DNA of 64,000 nucleotides from Psilocybe cubensis (Eukaryota): NCBI GenBank assembly GCA_017499595.2, contig CM039005.1, positions 2,294,001 to 2,358,000 of the forward strand, read 5' to 3'. Shown piece by piece: positions 52,604 to 63,004 of this stretch (position 1 is its first letter; each line of letters starts with the position of its first letter). The notes under the pieces were generated by a model. It saw only the letters and a program-made list of their open reading frames with translations, ran no database searches and was not told where the DNA came from. The position numbers and the translations under genes were made by a program.

Positions 52604-53592
52604 ATGGTTAAATTCGTATCAGCTCTTATTTTCGCCGCCCTCGTTGCCGCTCCCGCGCTTGCCTCAAACAGCTGGGATGATCTAAATTCGTGAGTATTTC
52701 CTTCCGGCGCTTGAGATGCATCATCATTTCACCTGGTGTCATGTAATCCTGGACTCTGACCTCACTTCTAATTTTTGTCTTGCCTTCTTCCATTCCAGTC
52801 GTGACCTCGATGCCGTCGCCCAGTCCGAGTCCATCTTTGGGCGCGAGCTTACGGAAACAGGAGCAGTATACGCGCGTGAGGTGGACGAGCTCTTCGCCCG
52901 CTTTGCGGAGGAACTTGACGCTCGTGGTATCAACTACGAGACTGTAGACCTCACAGAGCGCTCCAAAATCGGCGACAGGATTAAGGGATTCTTTAAGAAA
53001 GTTTGGCATGGAATCAAGAAAGTCGCCAAAGTGTGAGTGCCATGGCTCTATTCATTTGCGATACTTAATTTATTGACAAATGCATATTCTGGGATATAGT
53101 ATCCTTAGACGTGAAGACGGCGAAGAAGTTTTCACTCGGGAGCTTGGCATTGATGAGGTGGAAGCCCGAGAGCTTGACGAGCTCTTCGAGCGGTACATGG
53201 AGGACATTGAGCAGCGAAGCCCTGGGTTCATGCACTTCATGAAAAGCGGGATGTGCGTATTCCCCCTTTCTTCATTTTCTAAATATAACCAACAAAACAA
53301 ATCTTCCTCTTCATTTGATAGGTCGCATGTTAAGCACCTCGCGCACCCTGCTTCTGATCCATCCACACAGAACCCACCCACTGTTGACGGCCGTGACCTC
53401 ACCGACGACAGCTTCTACCTTGCTTCCCGCGACTTCGACGATATCCTCGAAGAGCGCGAGCTTGACCTTGAGCTTGACCTTTCCGCGCGCGAATTTGTAG
53501 ACGAAGAAGACATGTTCGCGCGCGGCCTTTCACTCGACGATGAGCTTGAGGATATGTTGGCACGCGAGTTCGAGTTTGACGAGCTCGACTAA
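52604..53592 (+). CDS. Secreted peptide precursor 1 (signal peptide + acidic spacers + cationic amphipathic core)
   Basis: Exons 52604-52689, 52799-53032, 53100-53252, 53322-53592. Translation: MVKFVSALIFAALVAAPALA SNSWDDLNSRDLDAVAQSESIFGRELTETGAVYAREVDELFARFAEELDARGINYETVDLTER SKIGDRIKGFFKKVWHGIKKVAKVIL RR EDGEEVFTRELGIDEVEARELDELFERYMEDIEQR SPGFMHFMKSGMSHVKHLAHP...GRDLTDD...AREFEFDELD*. Confidence 0.88.
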
Positions 53593-54838
53593 AATGCCTT
53601 GTGTGCTGGATTCCGTCCGTCATGTGCAAAACTTAATTATCCCTTAATTATATTTACCATTACCATTAACATACAGAGTCAAGCAGAAGAGTATATCACA
53701 CTAATCAATACTCATTCCATGTACTTTGGAATTAGGAAAGCAGAGTGTCGCTCTTCCACCAGTATTGTATATGTGTTGATACCAATGCCTGCCCATGACA
53801 TTGCTTGGAAAAGTGAGTTTGCTACAGCGCCGACAGTCGCTCTGGCGCTCGCGGTGCTTTCTTTATCCATTGTTGGTGCTCTTGTTTTCTCTGAGGCATG
53901 TGTTCCAGCCTGGTACTGGATATTGAGGTCTGACAACGGTATGAGGTTTGCGCAGGATTTGTACCTTGCGTGATTTAGAAGGTAAGAAAGGGCTGTGTAT
54001 CATTTCCGAGTTCACGGTTTTGCCGCTGCTACTTAACACAGCGCTGACCACAGGCCGACCTACCTTGGATCTACCCATCTGTTGGTTATTCGTGTTTTTA
54101 GTTTACAGATTACATACATTGTCATCAGTCTGCGCTGTCGTCATTCAATGGCCCTGGAGGGCCTGAACTATATACTAATAATATAGTAGTTTAATTATAA
54201 ACCTACCTTCTCGGCGGTGTTTCAAGAACGGGATACTTCTAAGTGAATAGTTCTTGTTTGTTTTATCAATGACAGGAAATGATGGTGTTACATGGCGCTT
54301 GACCTCAAGCGGAAGTAGGGATCAGAATTTCATGATGTTCTCAGCCACTGACATCCGGCTTTTGGAGAACTTGTCCGTCTGGGCCCGTGGTAGAGAGTAA
54401 TTACGTTGTAAGCTGGGTTCGGTGCAGGAAGTGGTCTTCCCCTCAGTAAGTTATGTAGCTTTCATTCAAACCACTTCAAGAGTGTGTTAAAATAAAGCCT
54501 CGGCGTACGTTCTCTGCTCAGCGACTGGTGATAGCCACGAGCCACATTTTGCCTCAATGATTCAAGAAACCCAACGGGGGTCATCACGATCCGAAAGCGA
54601 CACAGCTAATGTCCTTTATCGCCACTCCTTCCGTTACTCTATCAAAGTATCACACGTTGACAATCACTGACTGATCCACCCATGCCGTCGGCGTGAACGG
54701 CAGTGCGAACAGCGCCCATCGTAAGAAACGATCATCCACATTCCACCTTTTGATTATTGATAGGACTATGCCTGTTGTTAATCTAAATTCGTCAGCATCT
54801 GACTGTGGGTAAAAGTTCAACAGACGTATGTAGGTGAG

Positions 54839-54850
54839 GGTATATAAGTA
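54839..54850 (+). promoter_or_regulatory. TATA box of peptide precursor 2
   Basis: GGTATATAAG about 160 bp upstream of ATG 55004. Confidence 0.5.
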
Positions 54851-55003
54851 GTTATCCCTATCGTACGCAATTTCCTCAGCTGGTCTCCTCCCCCACCCCT
54901 TTCCCATCCTACGCCTTCTATCTGTGTTGATCACAGTTAGCTTATATACGCAAATAAACAACACTCTTATAACTCTTAAATATCCACAGTACTCTATAGT
55001 AAA

Positions 55004-55928
55004 ATGGTCAAAGTCACATCCGCCACCCTTCTCGTCGCTGCTGCCCTTGTCGCCGGTCCTGTTTCTGTGCTGGCGGCTGGATCTGGTTGGGAGGAGTTTG
55101 AACTTGAAAGGTGTGTCTTTGCGTAGTGTTTATACTTCAGGCATTGGCACCCTTCGCATGATGTGCCTACATCATTGCCTACACATCGGCAACTACACCT
55201 TTCCCTCCATTGTTGGGATATTACACACACTTCAATTTTATCAACAATAAATCTTACTTATATGCATCCACAGCCGGTCTATTTCTCCCTCGGACTCGTC
55301 CGCCCTTTCACCTTTTGCACGCGAGACAGAAGAGCTCTTTGGGCGCATTGCCGAGGAACTTGACCTTCGAGAGTTCGAAGATGGAGATATGCAAGGCCTC
55401 GTAGAGCGCAGTAAGATTGGGCACTTCTTCCACAAGTTATGGCATGGAATAAAGAAGGTTGCCTCTGTGTGAGTGCTCACTTTATTAGACCATTAAATCT
55501 CTAGGGCTCATGGAGGATGTTCACGTTGTGTATCTACCAGTGTGATCCGCCGGGAAGACGCTAGCGAGCACGAGATCCTCCTCGCGCGCGGTGCAGCTGA
55601 GCTCGATAATCTCTTCGAACGTACAATCGCAGGCATTGATGCGCGAAGCCCTGGGTTTGCCAGATTTATGAAGTCTGGGATGACGCATGTTGAGGCGCAC
55701 CCGCACGCCGTGCACCACGCGGCCCATGTAGCCTCCTCACTTGCTCAAGCGGCGTTCAATAACCGCAGGGATTACGAGGACCTTGAGCTAGATTTTGTTG
55801 AACGTGACAACCTTGCATTTGATGAGGAGATATACGGGAGAGAATATCAAGCGGAAGAGGATTTGTATGGGCGTGCGTTCGAGGAGGAGTTCGAGAGGGA
55901 TTTTGATGAGCTTGACGAGCTTGACTAA
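55004..55928 (+). CDS. Secreted peptide precursor 2 (paralog of precursor 1)
   Basis: Exons 55004-55110, 55274-55468, 55541-55928. Translation: MVKVTSATLLVAAALVAGPVSVLA AGSGWEEFELESRSISPSDSSALSPFARETEELFGRIAEELDLREFEDGDMQGLVER SKIGHFFHKLWHGIKKVASVVI RR EDASEHEILLARGAAELDNLFERTIAGIDAR SPGFARFMKSGMTHVEAHPHAVHHAAHVASSLAQAAFNN RR DYEDLE...DFDELDELD*. Confidence 0.88.
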
Positions 55929-56535
55929 ACCACTTTGCATATATTATCTAGTACACATATGCAGTATATGAAGGCAGGAGTTTAATATGGGATCCTATTG
56001 GTATACATTGAATGTGATACTATCCCAAAATGTAAGGCAAGCTGATTGAATTTGTGGTTCAGGTTGCAGTCAATTCGACAAAAAATCTGCATGCCTTGGG
56101 GTAATGGCCAGTCCCAATATCGACGCTGTTCTTTTGGCATGCTTCCCAGGGTAGAAAATACTATCAACCATGTTATGATGTAAACTCAATGTACAAGCGG
56201 ACATCGTGGACCCTCACGCGGTGATTTAATTTCTCTAGGCATGGGATGCATGCTCTCAATTAGGCATATCAATGTCTAAATCTAGACAAGAACAGCCACT
56301 GAAATTGCATTACATAAGATTAAGAACACCATGCAACTGATTTAGGCGGCGTTCTCGGGGTTAAAATTTGTTTGGGACAAGCGCCCATAGCGATGTTTTT
56401 CTCATCCTTGTGTACTACCGAGTGAAAAGTGACAAAAGTGGGGTTTTAATTCGATACGAATGTGTCATATGAACTTCATTGTGTTAAAACTATATGTAGC
56501 GAGAGATTCGTTCACCGGTTATTTTTCAATGGCAT

Positions 56536-57807
56536 TTACAATGGGGATGCCAGTTTCAAATAGATATCGAGAGCCCTTTCTGGCTCTTCCCAATGTGGCT
56601 GTATATCATTGACGCACATTCAACATAAATGTCAGAATGTCAACAACACTTGAACTCACGAAATGATTGATTCCTTCCACCATCTCGAATCTCATTGACT
56701 TCAATGCACCACGTTTCTCTGCCTCATCCTGTATAGCCCACATGGCGGCAATGCCAAACGCAGGAGCTTTCTCTCCCGACAAATACGCTTTTACCAAACT
56801 CGGGAACAATGTCTTGATTTGGGGATCAAAAAGTGCCTTTTGGTAAGCCGAATGAAGCTGGCTCTGAAAGCCGAACATGTACGGTATTTCGGAGGAGGCC
56901 TCCTTTTGTCCTGTACAGACTGCGGAAGTGTATTCCTCCATGGTGAGGTTGTAGATAGTACCCGGTTTAAAGGAGGATGGGAGTATATATGAGAGGTCAT
57001 TGAGTTCCCGCGTGGCGAGGGCGTTCCCATGGTCAAAGTATCCTGTAACCCACTGCGCGAACATGGGAAATTTGAGTTCTGGAGGAACGGACTCGATCTG
57101 AAACGGCGCCCAATTCTTCTCGGGCATAGGAAGTCCAAAAACGAGGGGCGGTCCTTCTTTAGATTTTTGAGAGAAACAAAAAGAAAAGGAGAGGAGCAGG
57201 GTTCAGAGGAGTAGGTGTAATGTAGTCATCATCACATACCATGTAATATCAATGCACGGAGGTACTTCTGGAGCCTGTCTCTCACGGAAGCAGGAAGTGT
57301 ATCTGCGTGTGCAATTGTGGCATTTGCCTCCCCTGAACCAAGCGACCATCCATAAAGCACAACGCCGCCTGATTTCCTATCGCTCGCCACTGGCGGGAGC
57401 TGGTACTTCTCGATTAACTTGTCAATCAAAATGGCATATTCGTGTCCGCGGTTCTTCATCCACGTATCGCGCTGTTCATCCGTACCGTTTACCATTACCT
57501 CAAGCTCGGCAGGCGTGAAGGCTGTCGATCCAGGATAATTCCTTCGTGATACAGCAATGAAGCGAATATTCTTGCTTGCAGCCATGGCTTGGACCCTTTT
57601 GAATATCGCTGTAGATATACCAGATGTATGAGGAACAATTTAGAAAAAACTTGCCAGTGCGTTGAAGTGATAAGACGTACTGGAACTAAAGCATAAACCA
57701 TGGATAACGATAATTGTCGTATAATCGCTCGAGTCGTTGACTGGGCCGCTGTCAATGTACCCTAGCTCAACTCCATCGTCACTGACTTGTACTTTCTTAA
57801 AAGACAT
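56536..57807 (-). CDS. Alpha/beta hydrolase, copy 1
   Basis: MSFKKVQVSDDGVELGYIDSG..TIIVIHG, RFIAVSRRNYPGST, LYGWSLG (GxSxG), QWVTGYFDH, GINHF-PHWEEPE. Stop 56536-56538. Confidence 0.88.
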
Positions 57808-58619
57808 CGAGTAAATCCTCCAAGCGATTAGTAACACTTGATGAGAGAGAGAAGAAAGAACGGTGAGGCAATAAATTAACGAAGTCTTGCCTTTTATTCT
57901 TTGCCAATTTGAATGCCCCGAAAATGGGGATAACAAAGTAAAACGTGCCCTGTCACTGATTGGCTGGCTAGATGGGCGCTGTGGCTAGTGGTAGCCTGAT
58001 ATCGCATTATTCTTGTACACGCTCATAAGACAGTGTGAATGTATGAAAAAATAAATACTGCAACATAAGCGACTGTGGATTGTAGACTCTAGAGTCATTA
58101 GACGTAGAAGGGTTATGCTTACTATATATATGTGTACACGCATGTATATCGACGTAGTATGTCCATTTGAGTTGTCATTGTGTGCTGTCCGATCATTTTT
58201 TCGGATCAAGTAAGGCTGGTCATCTGAGGCTTCCCGGGCCGCTCACTCAGGCAGGGTTCTCATGAAGCTGGAATAATAAGGCAAAAGTAATTTCGTTCCG
58301 AGTGGTAAGAGGTCCCCATTCCCATGCGAAATTGTAGATTTCATCCCATTACCCTTACCTATCTCTAGGCGTCTAAAGTGAAATAGCAAAGGTGCAGTAA
58401 TTAGCTCAACCTGAGGCACCATTTGTCAACGCAGGAACTTATCAATCGTTATCAATGACATGATATTGCATATTCAACGACTATCTCGCATATTTTGGGT
58501 ACACTGAATGTACAAAGGTTAGCATTAACCATCCTATTTGCCCATGTGCCTTCGTTAGATGCCATGTGCTACCCATCGCGGGTAACACGGCTGGTGACTT
58601 CCCCATGCCAATCTGCCCC

Positions 58620-59155
58620 TCAGTCGAGCTCGTTTATATCCCGTCTCTCAAATGCCTCGTCGAAGAATTCTTCCCTTTCTAAGAGATCGTTCCAAATGTC
58701 ACTCGTTTCGAGAGATCTCTTGTGGTGGTGGTTATTGTTGTGGTTTTGCTGGTGATGCTCGGCAGCCTTGTGTGCGGCCTTGCGGCCAACCTTGCTAGCA
58801 ACTCTTGAGCCTACGCGGGCACCGACTTGGGCGCCAATTCTCAGCGCAGCACTAAAAAATAGTCAGCCTGTAATAAAATCTTGATATGGACCTCAAAGAG
58901 ACATACAAGATGAGAGGAAAAAACGGAGCTCGTTCCTGGAGCTCGACGTCCGTAAGCTCCCGCCCATATACAGCCTCAATAACGTCGCGAGATAGAACAA
59001 TATCATCTGACTCTAGGCTTCGTCGGTTGTCCCTGAAGCTGTATGCGTTTAGCATACCAGCATTAATTGTACGAAAAGAAGACCTGCCTGGCCAAAGTAG
59101 GAACAGCGTTGACGACGACAGCAGCAACAAAGAAAACGGAGGTGAATTTAACCAT
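58620..59155 (-). CDS. Secreted peptide precursor 3 (divergent family member)
   Basis: MVKFTSVFFVAAVVVNAVPTLA S (GC-AG intron) FRDNRRSLESDDIVLSRDVIEAVYGRELTDVELQER APFFPLIF (intron) AALRIGAQVGARVGSRVASKVGRKAAHKAAEHHQQNHNNNHHH KR SLETSDIWNDLLEREEFFDEAFERRDINELD* (stop 58620-58622). A TATA-like TATAAAG lies at ~59285-59291 on the minus strand. Confidence 0.82.
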
Positions 59156-61285
59156 AGCGGAAAGAATGTATTTGAGAGTTAGAGGAGTAGGGTAGGGATG
59201 TTGCGTGGGGTTGATTGGATGCGAATGCGACCTGCGCGAAGTAGAGGAGACCAGCTGGAGAATCTAGATAGGGTCATCTATGTCTTTATACTCTTCAGAA
59301 CTGTAGTTCTGACCCTATTCACAGGAATTATGTAACTGTAGAGCTTGGCACGTCCGATCACACTATATTGAATTGAATGAGATGGAGTATTGTTTTTCTC
59401 AACGATGAAAATACGAACCGTGTTTCTCGGCTAGGGGTATCAGGCAACAACCAGTGCTCGACAGAACTCCTGATTGATACGGGTCAGCTCAGAGGTCCGA
59501 ACATTCTTCAAGCGCTACGCATCAACAGCACACACGTTATGGGGGCAACAGTTCCCTGGTTAAAATCTCCAAAGTTCTCCTAAGGAGACCATTTCGTTGC
59601 TTTCAAAGAATCGAATAGAAATGACCTATTCACCGGTTCAATACTCGCGACTAGACAAGTGTGGCCAACCCTTCAGGTCTCATAGACTGACACGATGTTC
59701 AGTGAGTGAAGGAGGCAATGCGGGGGTATCTATGTCCTCACAACCCGAACACAATCAACCCCGATAAGGTAGGCGATCATGTTTCTTTCGGTTGGCAGTA
59801 GTTATGTATCCGGACCAGTGGCACATTGTGCGGCGCATCATCCGTGATGACGAGAGATGTTGAATATCAACGGATTGAGCATTAGTCCCGCAGATAGAAT
59901 ACCGAAAAGTTGACGAACAAGCAAAAAAATTGCATTACAAGATCATTTTCCTAATGATGGCGAAGATAGTGTGATGTTTTGCGCAAATCAGATCGATATC
60001 ATATCCAGAATTATTTAAATTGAGGTGGAAGGATTGTATACGCCAAATTTGAGCATCAGGTATGAGAGTAACGAACGAAAGGGTAATGATTTGTTGATCA
60101 AGTTGGTCCAGAGAATTCCAATGGAGAGGGATCGACAGTTGATAACAAGCTAGTCGCTCAGGTGGTTTATGGATGATAAACAAGGCGTTAAGAGCGAAGT
60201 TGACCAGTTGTGCTATTGAACCGAAGGTATCTGAAGAACAAGTTGACAGCGAAGAAACATCGGAGGCCAAGCCGACGAATGGAATGCTTCCAGACATTCG
60301 GAGCGGAGTCACGAGCTGAACTTAAACTTTGATTTTCCGCGAAAGCACAATTTCCATTCAAGGATTTCCTTTCAAAAGTCAATTTGACACCCATATTAGC
60401 CCATATTTCAATCATCCTTATTTCTTGCTGATCATTTCCACTGGGATATTTCGATACAGAGTGCTGCTAACCAATGCCAAATCTTCGTCACAAAGGCGGT
60501 TTCCTACCCGAACCTTGCCGATGAATTACCTGATGGCGGCGTTCAATCTGTTGTTGCACTGCTGTTGACCCTGCAGGCCCAAACGCCACCTGGGGGTATT
60601 TGATACAGTTTGATCGTGACCGTTGACGCAGGACTGCCACACGTCTGAAGGTTGCGAGTCCTATGGAAAAGCTACCCACCCAAATGCAACCCTAATCGCT
60701 GCCAGTCACACAACTTACGCACCTCCAGTCTACAGCTGTCTACAGGCCAGTATCCGGTCTCCGTTCGATTCCTCACTGTTAGTTGGCCTTTCGTATTACA
60801 GAGGAAGAAGTATGGCTTACCTGTTGAGTATGCTACATACAACATCTTATAACGTGTTTTACGGTCTCATGACACCGTAACAAAAACGCCTCCGCTTCCT
60901 CCTCCGCCAGCGGTGGTGACGGGAGCAAAGTGCTCGGAAGGTAGCAGCCGCAACGGGAACGGCCCAGCAGAATGGCATTTCAACGACATGCTTATCGGTA
61001 TACCCCAGCTCATGTTCCGTGACCGGAGTACAAAGTCTCTTTTTTGATATGTGGAAATTGGTATTAATCTAATCCTCTGCTATTCTTCAACAGTTCTCTA
61101 CAGGATAAACATAATATAGTCGTGTTCTAGTCTCATACTGGTCTTACTCGTTGCACTCAAAATTTTAAATATCGGACGTCAAAATGGCCTGACCAAAACG
61201 GTGGATATGTCCTGGCCAGCATATAAATCGTTTGCGTCGATCCATAAAGGTCATAATTTTCCCGGATTCAAACCTCGCCCAGATA

Positions 61286-62629
61286 ATGTCTCCTACCTAT
61301 GGGAAAGTAGTTGTGAGCGACTCTGGGGTAGAGCTCGCATACACCGATAGCGGAGCGCTCGAGACCAAGTCAACACCCTACACGACCGCTATTGCCATTC
61401 ATGGGATGTTTTTCGCCGCACGTAAGTCTTTCCTGTAAATTTGTTTACCATTTTTGACAGTTAATAATCTTTCCCGCGGGACCTGTAGCGGTTTTTGAGA
61501 AGGTCCAAGCATGTGCAGCGGGGAAAGGAGTCCGTATAATTGCCCTCAACCGACGCAACTATTCTGGATCTACCCCATATTCACCGGAGGAGTTCAATAT
61601 CCTTGTCAATGGCTCGGACGAAGAGAAGCACAGCTGGCTTAGGGAACGTGGTCATGAGATTGCCAGATTTATTGTCGCATTGATTAAGGCAAAAAACCTT
61701 CCCAAGCTTTCTGAAGATGGTAAAACCGGAGGCATCGTTCTCATTGGATGGTCGGTTGGTGCGGGAGAGGCTAATGCTGTCATCGCTCACGCCGATACCC
61801 TTCCTTCTGAGATGCGCTCTGTCTTGGCTTCATATCTCCGGGGATTAATCTTACACGGTGCGTAAACTTTCACCTAATGCACAGAAGGAATCGTGCCTAA
61901 TTGTGGCACACAACAGAGGCTGCACCTCTTATTTACGGATTGCCTATGCCCGAGAAAAATTGGGCACCTTTTGCTGTTGAAAGTATCCCTCCTGAACAAC
62001 GTTTCCCGTACTTCAACCAGTGGGTTACAGCATACTTCGACCATGACGATCTCTCCAAGAAAGATCTCAATACCCTGGAATACGTTCTTCCCTCGTCTTC
62101 ACGTCCTGGCTCCATCTTTAGCATGTCGAAGGCCGAGCAACAAGGAATGATTGGATCCAATGAGGAGTCTGCCGGAGATGCACCGTATATCATGGGCTTC
62201 ACTCCCCAATTGAACGCAGTCTTCCGTAAAGTTTTGTTTGACCCGTCCACCAAGGCACTATTCCCAAAAATGAAGATATCTTTCCTTGCTGGCGAGAAAT
62301 CGGCGGCTTTTGGCATTGCGGGTGTATGGGCGGCGCAGGAAGAAGCCACGAAAGAAGGGATCGTAAATTCCATTAATTTCAACATTGCTCCTGGTCTTAA
62401 CCATTTCGTAAGTGATTTATTGAACCACCAGGCCTGCGAACTTATTGCTCGAGTATATTTATAGGCCCACTGGGATGCTCCCGAAGCCACGGTAGATTTA
62501 TACCTCCAGCTAACAGATACTGCCCTTCTTAGACCAATCTATGCAAGACCTGCGAAGACCCAGCGCCGTTTTACACGGCAATTATCCAAGTTCTTTATGC
62601 TGAGAAGTACTGTGACTGCGCAAAACTGA
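61286..62629 (+). CDS. Alpha/beta hydrolase, copy 2 (paralog of 56536-57807)
   Basis: MSPTYGKVVVSDSGVELAYTDSG..AIAIHG, RIIALNRRNYSGST, LIGWSVG, GLPMPEKNWAPF..ESIPPE, QWVTAYFDH, GLNHF-AHWDAPE. Same intron positions as copy 1; stop 62627-62629. Confidence 0.88.
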
Positions 62630-63004
62630 ACATGAAACATACAGATCCCTGCGGATTAACAGTAGCTTTGTTTTTGCTGGTTACTTCTAGAATACGATAT
62701 GGTACTTACAATAATAATGTGGCGTTGAATCAATCGAAATAGTGCATGCTGGAAATTAGATACTCCAATTTAATCACTATGCTTTAGGGTCGCTATTAAG
62801 TCGTTGTGCTGACCTACGGGTTACGCCCAGATTATACATGGATTGAGTACTTAAATGTTACTATGTCAGTCGGTTAGATAAGATGAATGTCGACTATTTC
62901 TATTCTCTTTGAACTTTGCTTGATCCAATCAATCTCCGCTTCATTGTCACTGCTTTACTCGCGCTGAGTGACTATATCACTGTCTAACTTCTTCCCCGAC
63001 TTCC

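Noticed and set aside
53700..54450. Coding-like sequence between precursors 1 and 2
   Set aside because: Stops in all frames and no recognisable homology; may be a decayed gene but cannot be supported.
59935..60420. Possible decayed F-box/LRR gene fragment (LHWNSL, similar to LHWNQF in the 63005 gene)
   Set aside because: Similarity is limited to a few residues; a tblastn search would be needed before calling it a pseudogene.
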